This document shows, piece after piece, positions 7,445-16,932 of a DNA stretch of 64,000 bases. The position numbers were made by a program, and so were the translations under genes. Source of the DNA: an uncultured Verrucomicrobiales bacterium. Lineage in GTDB: Bacteria; Verrucomicrobiota; Verrucomicrobiia; Verrucomicrobiales; Akkermansiaceae. The first letter of the stretch is position 1. The number at the start of each line of letters is the position of its first letter. The stretch spans positions 6,452 to 70,451 of the forward strand of contig CAYXEC010000003.1 of assembly GCA_964463855.1 (NCBI GenBank), written 5' to 3'. Under the pieces are notes generated by a model. That model worked only from the letters and a program-made list of their open reading frames with translations. It was not told where the DNA came from and did not search any database.

Positions 7445-9337
7445 TTAGTGAGCTTCTGCAGCGCTTTTTATGGCTTCGAGCTCTTCCCAGCGGTCGTAAA
7501 GCTTGGGGACCTTTGCCTTGGCATCGTTCAGTTCTGCCTCGAGGACCTGCCAGTTCTCCCCGTGTTGCTCGTAAAAATCGGGGGCGTTAAAGATGGCTTC
7601 GAGGCGTGCGAGGTTTCGCTCGGCTGCGAGGATGTCCTCCTCAATGGTTTCGAGTTCCCTGGCCTCTGCCCATTTGAGTTTGCGGGCACGTTCTTTGCGC
7701 TCCGGATTTTTCTTCGCCGGCTTGGTTTTATAGACTTTACCGGTTGCCGCACGGGCGGACTTTTTTTCCAGGTAGTAATCGTAGTTGCCAACTTGGTAGT
7801 CCACAACACCGTCGCCCTCGAAAGCGAGAATGTCTGTGCACACGCGGTTGAGAAAATAGCGGTCATGGCTGACAACAATGACGCTACCTTTGAACGCGCA
7901 CAGGGCTTCTTCGAGTAACCTCAGGGTATTAAGATCGAGATCGTTGGTCGGCTCGTCCAATACAATCACATTGCCTCCATTCTTGAGGATCTTGGCAAGC
8001 ATCACGCGGCTGCGTTCTCCACCACTGAGTAACTCGATTTTGGTATTGATGCGCTCCTCGGTGAATAAAAAACGGCGCAGGTAGGCACGCAGGCCGATGG
8101 TTTCATCCCCGAGCTTCACGTTTTCCTGACCTTCTCCGACTTCTTCAAAAACGGATTTGTTGTCATCGAGCAGGAGTCGATTCTGGTCAATGAAGTTGAT
8201 GTCAGTTTTGATCCCGATATCCACCTTGCCCTCGAGCGGTTTAAGCTGGCCGAGCAGGATATGGAGGAGGGTGGATTTTCCCATGCCGTTGCGCCCGACA
8301 ATACCCAGCCGCTGGCCACCCTCAATTTTCAAACTGACATTGGAAAAAAGCCATGGCCCGTCATCGTAGGCCATGCCGACATCCTCGACCTCAATGATTT
8401 TGTTGCCCAGCTTTGGTGGCACAGGGATGATGAGATCGACGTCTGGTTCTTGCTCCGGAGCTTTCTGGTCAGCGACCTCAAAATAGCGATCCATACGGTC
8501 CTTTGCCTTGGTGGTTCGGGCCTTGGGGCCACGTCGCACCCATTCAAGTTCCCGGCTGAGGAAGCGCTGGCGTTTGTGCTCATTTCTGGCCTCTGCCATA
8601 TCACGCTCAGCGCGTGAGAGCAGGTAATCGGTGTAATTGCCCTGGTAACTATCACATTTGCCTCTGCGTATTTCCACAATACGTGTGGCGATGCGATCGA
8701 GGAAATAGCGGTCGTGAGTGACAAAGAGGCAAGTTCCCGCGTAGCGGGCGAGGAATTTTTCCAACCACTCGATGGACTCGGTATCGAGGTGGTTGGTGGG
8801 CTCGTCAAGAATCAGGAAATCAGGTTTTGCCAGCAAGGCCCGGCAGAGGGCAACACGCCGTTTTTCTCCACCGGAGAGAGACCCAACGATGCGCCCGGCA
8901 TCCGGTGCGTGTAAGTGGGAGAGAAGCGTGCTTGCCCGGTGTTCAAGATCCCAGCCCTCCAAGTGGGTGATTTCATCCAATACCTCGGCGCTGCGCTGGC
9001 TGTCTGCCGGGATGCTCTCGTATTCAGAGATCAGGTCCAGAGTGTATTGAGCACCTGCCAGCACATTGTCATGAACACTCGCCTCTTCATTCAATTCAAA
9101 ATTCTGCGGCAAGTAGCCAATGACAAGGCCCCGTTTGTAGGTCACCTCGCCGGTGTCTCCAGCGGCTTCACCGGCGAGTATTTTCAAGAACGTGGATTTG
9201 CCACAGCCGTTTCTGCCAACCAAACCAATGCGGTCACCTTGTTGAATGGCGAGAGTGGCTCCATCAAGTACCGTGTGCGAGCTATAGCTGACACAGAGCT
9301 CACTGGCGCTGGCGATGGAGTCTGACATGCGCGGCAA
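7445..9337 (-). CDS. ABC-F family ATPase (Uup/YheS-like), no transmembrane domain
   Basis: 630 aa. Two ABC cassettes (GRNGCGKST, LSGGEKRRV...LILDEPTNHLD; GRNGMGKST, LSGGERSRV...IVLDEPTNDLD) plus a C-terminal coiled-coil. Confidence 0.9.
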   Translation of the reverse strand: MPRMSDSIASASELCVSYSSHTVLDGATLAIQQGDRIGLVGRNGCGKSTFLKILAGEAAGDTGEVTYKRGLVIGYLPQNFELNEEASVHDNVLAGAQYTLDLISEYESIPADSQRSAEVLDEITHLEGWDLEHRASTLLSHLHAPDAGRIVGSLSGGEKRRVALCRALLAKPDFLILDEPTNHLDTESIEWLEKFLARYAGTCLFVTHDRYFLDRIATRIVEIRRGKCDSYQGNYTDYLLSRAERDMAEARNEHKRQRFLSRELEWVRRGPKARTTKAKDRMDRYFEVADQKAPEQEPDVDLIIPVPPKLGNKIIEVEDVGMAYDDGPWLFSNVSLKIEGGQRLGIVGRNGMGKSTLLHILLGQLKPLEGKVDIGIKTDINFIDQNRLLLDDNKSVFEEVGEGQENVKLGDETIGLRAYLRRFLFTEERINTKIELLSGGERSRVMLAKILKNGGNVIVLDEPTNDLDLNTLRLLEEALCAFKGSVIVVSHDRYFLNRVCTDILAFEGDGVVDYQVGNYDYYLEKKSARAATGKVYKTKPAKKNPERKERARKLKWAEARELETIEEDILAAERNLARLEAIFNAPDFYEQHGENWQVLEAELNDAKAKVPKLYDRWEELEAIKSAAEAH

Positions 9338-9435
9338 TATACTTGAGGATGGCCGCTTGTCATGCCTTTAGCCATACGAATACAATATGAATGGCTTGCA
9401 GGATCGGTATGGGCTTGTAGTCTGCGCCGCCTCAA

Positions 9436-12162
9436 GTGATGTCTGTATTCCATGGAATAAAGCCCGGTCAACGATGGATCAGTGAAACTGAGCCTGAACT
9501 GGGTGTCGGGATTATGCTCAAGGTTGAGTTTAAGCGGGTGGAAGTGATGTTTCCCGCAGCCAATGAGCGTAGGCAATATGCCCTGGACAGTGCGCCGCTG
9601 CGCAGGGTGGCTCTGAAAGAGGGGGAAACACTGGAGACACACGAGGGTGATGTGATGGTGGTGGATGAGGTGCTCGAGCGGGGCGGCTTGCTGGTCTATT
9701 TGTGCGCCGGCCGCGAGGTCGAAGAGGCGGAATTATCTGATACAATGAGTTTCAGCAGACCCGAGGACCGTTTGTTGGCCGGGCATGTGGATGATTTGTC
9801 CACTTATGATCTAAGGGTTGAGGCGCTGTGTCACCAGTCGCAGGTGATGAAGGCGCCAGCACGTGGTTTTGTCGGTGCCAGGGTGGACCTCATTACTCAC
9901 CAAATTTACATCGCCAACAGGGTGGCATCGCGAGTTGTGCCGCGGGTGTTGCTGGCAGATGAAGTGGGCCTGGGAAAGACCATTGAGGCATGTTTGATCA
10001 TGCATAGATTGCATCTCACCGGGCGAGCAAACAGGATACTCATTCTTGTTCCCGAACCACTCCTGCACCAGTGGTTTGTGGAGCTGCTAAGACGCTTCAA
10101 CATGCTTTTCAGTTTGTTTGACGAGTCAAGATGCCAGGCCATCGAACATGGTGGCGAGGGTGAGGATAATCCGTTTTTAGACAGCCAACTGGTCTTGTGT
10201 AGTGTTGATTTTTTGGCAGAGGATCCCAGGCGTGGCGATCAGGCGGTTGCCGCTGGCTGGGATTTGCTCATCGTTGACGAGGCACATCACCTTGAGTGGA
10301 ATGCCAGGGAGCCCAGTCCGGCTTACCGGATGGTGGAGTCACTGGCGCGTAAGACAGAGGGACTATTATTGCTCACAGCTACTCCGCGACAACTAGGTCC
10401 CGAGGGCCATTTTGCCCGCTTGCGTCTACTCGATGCGGAGCGCTATGTGGATATGGAGGCCTTTCAAGAGGAGGCGAATCACTACGAGCAGGTTGCCGAG
10501 GCCGTGGAAAGATTGCAGGAGGGGGACAGCCTTGTTCCTGAGGAGCGCTCCTTGTTCGCCTCACAGTCAGAGAGTGTAAATAGCCATTGTCTTGCCATGG
10601 AACAGGGTGATGAATCGGCTCGGGAGTCGTTGATACGCGAGTTGCTCGATACCTTCGGAACGGGTAGGGTGATGTTTCGCAATACCCGGCAGGCATTGAC
10701 CGGTTTTCCAGACAGAAGGGTTTTGCTCATCCCTCTGGAGAGCGAGGAAGACAAAATAGACTGGCTGGTGGAACTACTCAAAAAACTGGGCGAGGCCAAA
10801 GTTCTTTTGATCTGCCGGACGAGGAAGCTCGCAGAGGAGATTCCCGAGAAACTCAGACAAAAGATCAATATCAACTGTGGCTTTTTTCATGAGGGAATGA
10901 CCTTGTTGCAGCGTGATCGATCTGCGGCCTATTTCTCCGAACAGGATGGGGCTCGCATGTTGGTGTGTTCCGAAATAGGCAGTGAGGGAAGAAACTTTCA
11001 GTTCGCCCACCATCTCGTCCTGTATGACTTGCCCGATAATCCCGAGCTCTTGGAGCAGCGAATTGGGCGTCTGGACAGAATTGGACAGACTCAAACCATT
11101 CAAATCCATGTTCCCTATGCACGGAACACCCAAGGTGAACTATTGGCTCGCTGGTACCATGAAGGGCTCAATGCCTTTGAGCAGAGTCTTCACGGTGCTA
11201 CGGAAATCGTTCGTGAGCTGGGCGGAAAGTTGCCCTGTGGGAAAATGGACGAAGGCCAGTTGCAATCATTTATCGATCTTTCCGCGCAGTGTCGCGTGCG
11301 AGTTTCTGAGAAGCTCAAGCGCGGTTATGACCGTTTGCTCGAGATCAATTCAAACAGACCTGAACAGGTTTCCAGACTCATTGAAGAAATGATCGCCATG
11401 GATGGCGACAGACAATCCGAGGCTTTCCTGGTCAGATTGTGGGATCACTTTGGGCTGCACGTCGATGAGCTCAGCGACCGATCCTACCTGCTGCTTCCCG
11501 GGCACCTGATCACGGATGCTTTCCCGGCTCTTCCTGACGATGGGCTCAATGTGACTTTTGACCGTGCGCGGGCACTCTCGCGGGAGGACACCACGTTCAT
11601 GAGCTGGGATCATCCGGTGGCCCGGACTGCTCTGGACTTACTACTTACATCAGAAGCGGGCAATGCATCCTTTGGGGTCTGGGAGGGAGCTTCGCATAAA
11701 GGGGTGCTGCTTGAGACTTATCACGTTTTGGAGTGTGTTGCCCCATCATCCCTGCATAGCGATCGTTTCTTGCCGCCCACGCCCATCCGATCCCTGCTGG
11801 ATCACGAGGGTATGGATCGGGGTGTTGAATTTCAATTCACCGTGGAGCAGCTGCGGTCTGGAAATCTGCACCAACTATTGGCACAAGACACATTTCGCCG
11901 TGTCATGTTGCCATCCATGCTGGAGGGATGTCATGCCCATGCGTCGGTGCAGATGAAACCACTTGTGCAAAAAGCAGTGACGGAGTGCAACCTGAAGCTT
12001 GGAGCTGAAATTGATCGATTGGTTTCCTTGGGTAAGATCAACGACCATGTCAGCGAGGAAGAGATCGCGGCACTGCGTAACCAGCGCGATATGCTCTGCG
12101 AGACCATAGGCAAATCCCGTTTACGGCTGGATTCCATGAGGTTGATTTTTTGCCAACCGTGA
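9436..12162 (+). CDS. rapA: RNA polymerase-associated SNF2-family ATPase RapA/HepA
   Basis: 908 aa. N-terminal FHGIKPGQRWISETEPELGVG... matches the RapA N-terminal fold. Helicase motifs are LADEVGLGKT, LIVDEAHHLE and TATPRQLG, with a C-terminal helicase lobe QRIGRLDRIGQ. ATG at 9439 is probably the real start. Confidence 0.85.
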   Translation: MMSVFHGIKPGQRWISETEPELGVGIMLKVEFKRVEVMFPAANERRQYALDSAPLRRVALKEGETLETHEGDVMVVDEVLERGGLLVYLCAGREVEEAELSDTMSFSRPEDRLLAGHVDDLSTYDLRVEALCHQSQVMKAPARGFVGARVDLITHQIYIANRVASRVVPRVLLADEVGLGKTIEACLIMHRLHLTGRANRILILVPEPLLHQWFVELLRRFNMLFSLFDESRCQAIEHGGEGEDNPFLDSQLVLCSVDFLAEDPRRGDQAVAAGWDLLIVDEAHHLEWNAREPSPAYRMVESLARKTEGLLLLTATPRQLGPEGHFARLRLLDAERYVDMEAFQEEANHYEQVAEAVERLQEGDSLVPEERSLFASQSESVNSHCLAMEQGDESARESLIRELLDTFGTGRVMFRNTRQALTGFPDRRVLLIPLESEEDKIDWLVELLKKLGEAKVLLICRTRKLAEEIPEKLRQKININCGFFHEGMTLLQRDRSAAYFSEQDGARMLVCSEIGSEGRNFQFAHHLVLYDLPDNPELLEQRIGRLDRIGQTQTIQIHVPYARNTQGELLARWYHEGLNAFEQSLHGATEIVRELGGKLPCGKMDEGQLQSFIDLSAQCRVRVSEKLKRGYDRLLEINSNRPEQVSRLIEEMIAMDGDRQSEAFLVRLWDHFGLHVDELSDRSYLLLPGHLITDAFPALPDDGLNVTFDRARALSREDTTFMSWDHPVARTALDLLLTSEAGNASFGVWEGASHKGVLLETYHVLECVAPSSLHSDRFLPPTPIRSLLDHEGMDRGVEFQFTVEQLRSGNLHQLLAQDTFRRVMLPSMLEGCHAHASVQMKPLVQKAVTECNLKLGAEIDRLVSLGKINDHVSEEEIAALRNQRDMLCETIGKSRLRLDSMRLIFCQP

Positions 12163-12241
12163 AGAAAGCTTGAGCAGTCATGGAATTTATCTATTTTGAG
12201 CAGCGTAAACCTTAATACACCAACCATACGATACACTCACC

Positions 12242-12952
12242 ATGGGAAGAGCCTTTGAAGCACGCCGGGCAGGAAAAGAAAAACGTTGGGGCGAGATGTC
12301 CCGTTTGTTTCCCAAGCTGGGAAAAGTCATTACCATGGCGGCCAAGGCTGGCGGGCCTGATCCGGAATCCAACACAGTACTCAAGACTGCCATCAACAAT
12401 GCCAAGGCGCAGAACATGCCCAAGGACAACATTGAAAAGGCCATCAAGCGTGCCTCTGGTAACGATGCAGCCAATTTCGATGAAGTCAGCTACGAGGGCA
12501 AGGGGCCTCACGGCTCACTGATCTGGGTGGAATGTGCCACGGATAACACCACGCGCACGGTGGCGAATGTAAAAACCATCTTTAATAAAAACGGTGGTCA
12601 GGTGGTCAATAGTGGCTCGCTGGATTTCATGTTCACCCGCAAGGCGGTGATTGAATTTGAGAAAACGGATGCGATTGATCTTGAGGAGGTGGAGCTCAAC
12701 CTGATTGATTTTGGTCTTGAGGAGATGGATGTGCAGGATGAGCGCGTTCTGGTCTATGGTGATTTCACCAGTTTTGGCGAGTTGACCAAGGCTTGTGAGG
12801 ACATGGGTATTGAGGGCATCAAGGCGACCTTGCAGCGTATTGCCAGCAGCCCGGTTGAGCTCACTGAGGAGCAAATCGAGGATGTGGAGACCCTGGTGGA
12901 CAAACTGGAGGATGATGATGATGTTCAGGCGGTGTTCACCAACCTGGCCTGA
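12242..12952 (+). CDS. YebC/PmpR-family transcriptional regulator
   Basis: 236 aa. [43 protein letters not shown] is the signature N-terminus of this family. Confidence 0.9.
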   Translation: MGRAFEARRAGKEKRWGEMSRLFPKLGKVITMAAKAGGPDPESNTVLKTAINNAKAQNMPKDNIEKAIKRASGNDAANFDEVSYEGKGPHGSLIWVECATDNTTRTVANVKTIFNKNGGQVVNSGSLDFMFTRKAVIEFEKTDAIDLEEVELNLIDFGLEEMDVQDERVLVYGDFTSFGELTKACEDMGIEGIKATLQRIASSPVELTEEQIEDVETLVDKLEDDDDVQAVFTNLA

Positions 12953-12968
12953 GCTTTCTCTGCCTTTA

Positions 12969-15900
12969 TTAGCTGGTTCGTTTCCTTTCCTGCCACGCGC
13001 AAAAGAGCACGGGCACGACAAACATGGTGAGTAGCTCAAACACCATGCCGCCGAAAATGGGGACCGCCATCGGCCCCATAATGTCCGCCCCCCTGCCTGT
13101 CGAGGTAAGCACAGGTAATAAAGCCAGCAGGGTAGTGGCCGTGGTCATCAGGCATGGCCGGCAGCGACGTTGACCTGCTGAGATGGTTGCCAGGCGGATT
13201 TCAGCAAGTGTTTGCGGGTTCTTCTGCGCAAAGCACTGGCGCAGGTAGGTCGAAATCACCACCCCGTCATCAGTTGCAATGCCAAACAGCGCGATAAAGC
13301 CCACCCAGATTGCGGTGGATAGGTTGACCGGACCAATATTGAACAGGGCACGCAGGTTGTGACCAAAGATGTCGACGTTCATAAAACCGGGTTGGCCATA
13401 GAGCCAGAGCAGAACAAAACCACCGGAAAAGGCGACAGCAATACCACTGAAAATGATGAAGGTGTTGACCACGGAACGGTTCTCAAGATACAGAATCAGG
13501 AAAATCGTCATGAGGGCCAGAGGCATGATGAGTAACATCGTTTGTTCAAATTCCAGTGCCGACTGGTAGTTGCCGGCAAACTCATAGTGGATGCCGCCGG
13601 GTCTGTTGAGTTTGCCTGCCTGTTCCTGGGCGGAGAGATAGGCTTGCACTTCCTCGACGACATCAACCTCGGCAAAGCCCTGGTTGGCTCCAAAGGTCAC
13701 ATAGCCCGTGAGGAAAGTGTCCTCACTCTTGATGACCTGCGGCCCGCGCACGTAGTGAATATCAACGACATCGCCCAAGGGGATCTGGGCTCCCTCCATG
13801 GTCCTGACGAGTATTTTCTCAATCGCCTCGATGGAGTCTCGATTCTCGCGGGCGTAGCGCACCAGAACATTGTAGCGCTCACGCCCCTCGACGGTGGTGG
13901 TGACGATCTCGCCGCCGACCGCGGTCTGGATGGTTTTTTGAATGTCGATGACATTGAGACCGTAGCGTTTGGCAGCCTCCCGGTCGGGGTGGATTTCGAG
14001 GTAGGGTTTGCCCACGATGCGGTCTGCGTTAATGCTGGCGATATCGAGGCCCGCAATACCGCTGGCACGCATGTGCTGCTCGAGTTGCAGGCCGAAGTCT
14101 TCCAGCTGATTCAAGTTAGGTGCCTTGATTTTAATGCCCATTGGAGCCCGCATGCCTGTGCGCAGCATGACCAGACGGGTCTCGATAGGCTGCAACTTGG
14201 GAGCGCCGGTTGTGCCCGTGAGCTGCGCAGCGATGCTGATCTCATGCCAGATGTCATCGTTGCTCCTGATGTGGGGGCGCCACTGGCGGAAGGGTTTGCC
14301 GTCTTTGTCAGGGATAAGCATGCCCTGCTTGTCATAGACATAGTCTCCACCATCATCGGTTTTAAACGTCATGATCCTGCCCTTCGCGTCGGAGCGAAAC
14401 TCGGGGGAATAATTGACAATGGTCTCGATCATCGAAATGGGAGCCGGGTCCAGTGCGGACTCGGCCCGGCCGATCTTGCCAACCACCTGGTAGACCTCGG
14501 GAATGGCCGCAATTCTGGCATCAAGAGTGCGCAATGCGTCCGTGGCCTCCTCAATGGAGGCGTGGGGGCTGATGGTGGGCATGACCAGAAACGAGCCCTC
14601 GTCAAGGGATGGCCGGAATTCCTTGCCCAGCCCAGGGAATTTGCGCTCGATATCCTGATAGAGGCGGGTGTTTTGGATAGTCTGGGGCAGCTTGGAGGTG
14701 ACCTCGCCAAAGCCGAGCCAGATACACAGGGCAGTAGCCAGCATCGCAAGGGGTAGACAGAGGAACAGCCCCTTGTGCTCGAGGCACCAGCCCAGGATAC
14801 GGGTATAGCCCAGCTCAAAGCACTTGAAGGTGATGAGCAGGCCGCCGATGATGATTGCAACAAAGAGAAAGTTGGATAGGTTTGCCGATTCCAGCCCGAG
14901 CGGCATCCAGTTTGTTGCCAGCAGCCAGCCCACGACAAGGGCGGTGGCAAGGTTGAGAATCAGGCTGCCTCTTTTTTGTGCCTCGGCAGATAAACGTGGG
15001 TGCAAGACGTGGAGCGTGGCCAGTGCCAGCAGGACAATGGCAAGTGTCGCTGAGAAACCCATTGCGATGCCGGCACTGATGGCTAACAGGGTAGTGATGA
15101 GATGTCTGCGTTTGAGGACAAAAGCTGTTCCGATGACGCGGGTGGATTTGTCGGACTTGAGCCACTTGGGCAGGGTTCCCATAAGGAAGTGGGCAATGGG
15201 CGGGATGATGGTCAGGGCAACCACGATGGAGGCAGCGAGGGCGAGTGACTTGGTGTAGGCCAGCGGGCGGTAGAGCCGGCCCGCCTCGCCGGAGAGAACA
15301 AGCACGGGAAGAAAGCTGACAATGGTGGTCATGACCGACGTGGTGACTGCTCCAGCCACCTCGGTCACCGCCTGGTAAATAACAGTGGATACACTGCTTC
15401 CGGGAGGCGCTTCTTCAATGCGTTTGACGATGTTCTCAGTGAGCACAATGCCCACATCCACAAGGGTGCCGATGGCGATGGCAATGCCGGAAAGAGCGAC
15501 GATGTTGGCATCCACGCCAAAGGCCTTCATGCCAATGAAGGTGATCAGCACTGCCAGGGGCAGCATCGAGGAAATCAGCACACTGCTGCGAAGCTGCAAT
15601 ACCATGATGACGACCACAATGATCGCAACCAGGATCTGCTGGTAGAGTGCTTCATTGAGGGTGTTGAGGGTCTCCGCGATCAGCCCTGAGCGGTCATAAA
15701 AAGGCACGATAGTCACCTTGGAGGTATTCATCCACTGGGGCCACTCGGTACGTTGATGGATTTTACTCCATGCGAGCCACGCATTCTGGTTGATCTCCGC
15801 ACTCGTTGCCGTGTCATCACTGAATGCCGGGGAAATGGCCTGTTGCCGCGCAAACTCCTCCACCTCACGGTGAGTGGTTTTCTCCCAGTCGAGGATGACT

Positions 15901-16898
15901 TTCTCGGGCAGTGAGGCGGAGAGCTCGTCAATCCTGGCCTTCGCATTTTTGATTGTTTGCAGGGGGTTGGCGCCGAAGCGTGCCACCACGATGCCACCCG
16001 CTGCATCGGCACCATTGACATCAATAACGCCACGCCTCATGTCGGGACCGATCTGCACGGTGGCCACCTCGGAGATCGTGACCGGGGTGTTTTCCCGCAC
16101 ATCGACTACTGCATTGCGCAAGTCATCCAGTGAGGTGATGTAGCCGGTGCCCCGGAGGATGTATTCCACCCCGTTGATGGCGAGGTTGCGCGCCCCTGTT
16201 TCACGGTTGCTTTTGCGCACGGCGTTAGCCACCTGCTCCAGGGTGACATTCCATGCCTTCAGCTTGAGTGGATCCACCTCGACCTGGTATTGTTTGACAA
16301 ATCCGCCGACCGAGGAAACCTCGGCGACCCCATCCACACCCAAAAGAGCGTAACGTACATACCAGTCCTGGATCGAACGCAGCTCCTCGGGATTCCATCC
16401 CGGAGCCGGATTGCCGTCGGGGTCCCTGCCCTCAAGGTAATACTGGTAGACCTGCCCCAGGCCGGTGGCATCGGGGCCAAGTGTCGGTGTGACCCCGGCA
16501 GGGAGAAGCCCTGAAGGGAGACTGTTGAGTTTTTCGAGAATGCGGCTGCGGCTCCAGTAATAATCCACGTCCTCCTTGAAAATGAGGTAAACGTAAGACA
16601 GGCCGAACATCGAATAGCTGCGCACTTCCTGGACACCGGGGATCCCGAGCAGCGACACGGTTAGCGGATAGCTCACCTGGTCCTCAACATCCTGGGGCGA
16701 GCGTCCCATGTACTCGGTGAAGACAATTTGCTGGTTGTCACCCAGATCGGGAATGGCATCCACAGCGACCGGATCGCGTGGCAGCTTGCCTGTGTTCCAG
16801 TCAAATGGAGCCACCCTCACCCCCCAGCCGATGGTGAAGGAGAGCAGGATGAGAACCACCAGCTTCTGGTTGAGGCAGAATTCAATGAGCTTTTTCAT
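12969..16898 (-). CDS. heavy-metal efflux RND permease, CusA/CzcA family (unusually long, 1309 aa)
   Basis: The N-terminus MKKLIEFCLNQKLVV..., the porter-domain sequence and the many transmembrane segments are typical of the HME-RND family. Extra hydrophobic and loop segments sit mid-protein. Confidence 0.9.
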   Translation of the reverse strand: MKKLIEFCLNQKLVVLILLSFTIGWGVRVAPFDWNTGKLPRDPVAVDAIPDLGDNQQIVFTEYMGRSPQDVEDQVSYPLTVSLLGIPGVQEVRSYSMFGLSYVYLIFKEDVDYYWSRSRILEKLNSLPSGLLPAGVTPTLGPDATGLGQVYQYYLEGRDPDGNPAPGWNPEELRSIQDWYVRYALLGVDGVAEVSSVGGFVKQYQVEVDPLKLKAWNVTLEQVANAVRKSNRETGARNLAINGVEYILRGTGYITSLDDLRNAVVDVRENTPVTISEVATVQIGPDMRRGVIDVNGADAAGGIVVARFGANPLQTIKNAKARIDELSASLPEKVILDWEKTTHREVEEFARQQAISPAFSDDTATSAEINQNAWLAWSKIHQRTEWPQWMNTSKVTIVPFYDRSGLIAETLNTLNEALYQQILVAIIVVVIMVLQLRSSVLISSMLPLAVLITFIGMKAFGVDANIVALSGIAIAIGTLVDVGIVLTENIVKRIEEAPPGSSVSTVIYQAVTEVAGAVTTSVMTTIVSFLPVLVLSGEAGRLYRPLAYTKSLALAASIVVALTIIPPIAHFLMGTLPKWLKSDKSTRVIGTAFVLKRRHLITTLLAISAGIAMGFSATLAIVLLALATLHVLHPRLSAEAQKRGSLILNLATALVVGWLLATNWMPLGLESANLSNFLFVAIIIGGLLITFKCFELGYTRILGWCLEHKGLFLCLPLAMLATALCIWLGFGEVTSKLPQTIQNTRLYQDIERKFPGLGKEFRPSLDEGSFLVMPTISPHASIEEATDALRTLDARIAAIPEVYQVVGKIGRAESALDPAPISMIETIVNYSPEFRSDAKGRIMTFKTDDGGDYVYDKQGMLIPDKDGKPFRQWRPHIRSNDDIWHEISIAAQLTGTTGAPKLQPIETRLVMLRTGMRAPMGIKIKAPNLNQLEDFGLQLEQHMRASGIAGLDIASINADRIVGKPYLEIHPDREAAKRYGLNVIDIQKTIQTAVGGEIVTTTVEGRERYNVLVRYARENRDSIEAIEKILVRTMEGAQIPLGDVVDIHYVRGPQVIKSEDTFLTGYVTFGANQGFAEVDVVEEVQAYLSAQEQAGKLNRPGGIHYEFAGNYQSALEFEQTMLLIMPLALMTIFLILYLENRSVVNTFIIFSGIAVAFSGGFVLLWLYGQPGFMNVDIFGHNLRALFNIGPVNLSTAIWVGFIALFGIATDDGVVISTYLRQCFAQKNPQTLAEIRLATISAGQRRCRPCLMTTATTLLALLPVLTSTGRGADIMGPMAVPIFGGMVFELLTMFVVPVLFCAWQERKRTS

Positions 16899-16932
16899 GG
16901 GTCAAAGGTCTCGAATGATGTGTGGGCGGGCT

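Noticed and set aside
13542-14756. 404-aa plus-strand ORF
   Set aside because: It lies entirely antisense to the well-supported CusA/CzcA gene. The composition is low-complexity and Gly/Ala/Asp/Val-rich, typical of shadow ORFs in GC-rich coding DNA, and no motif is present.
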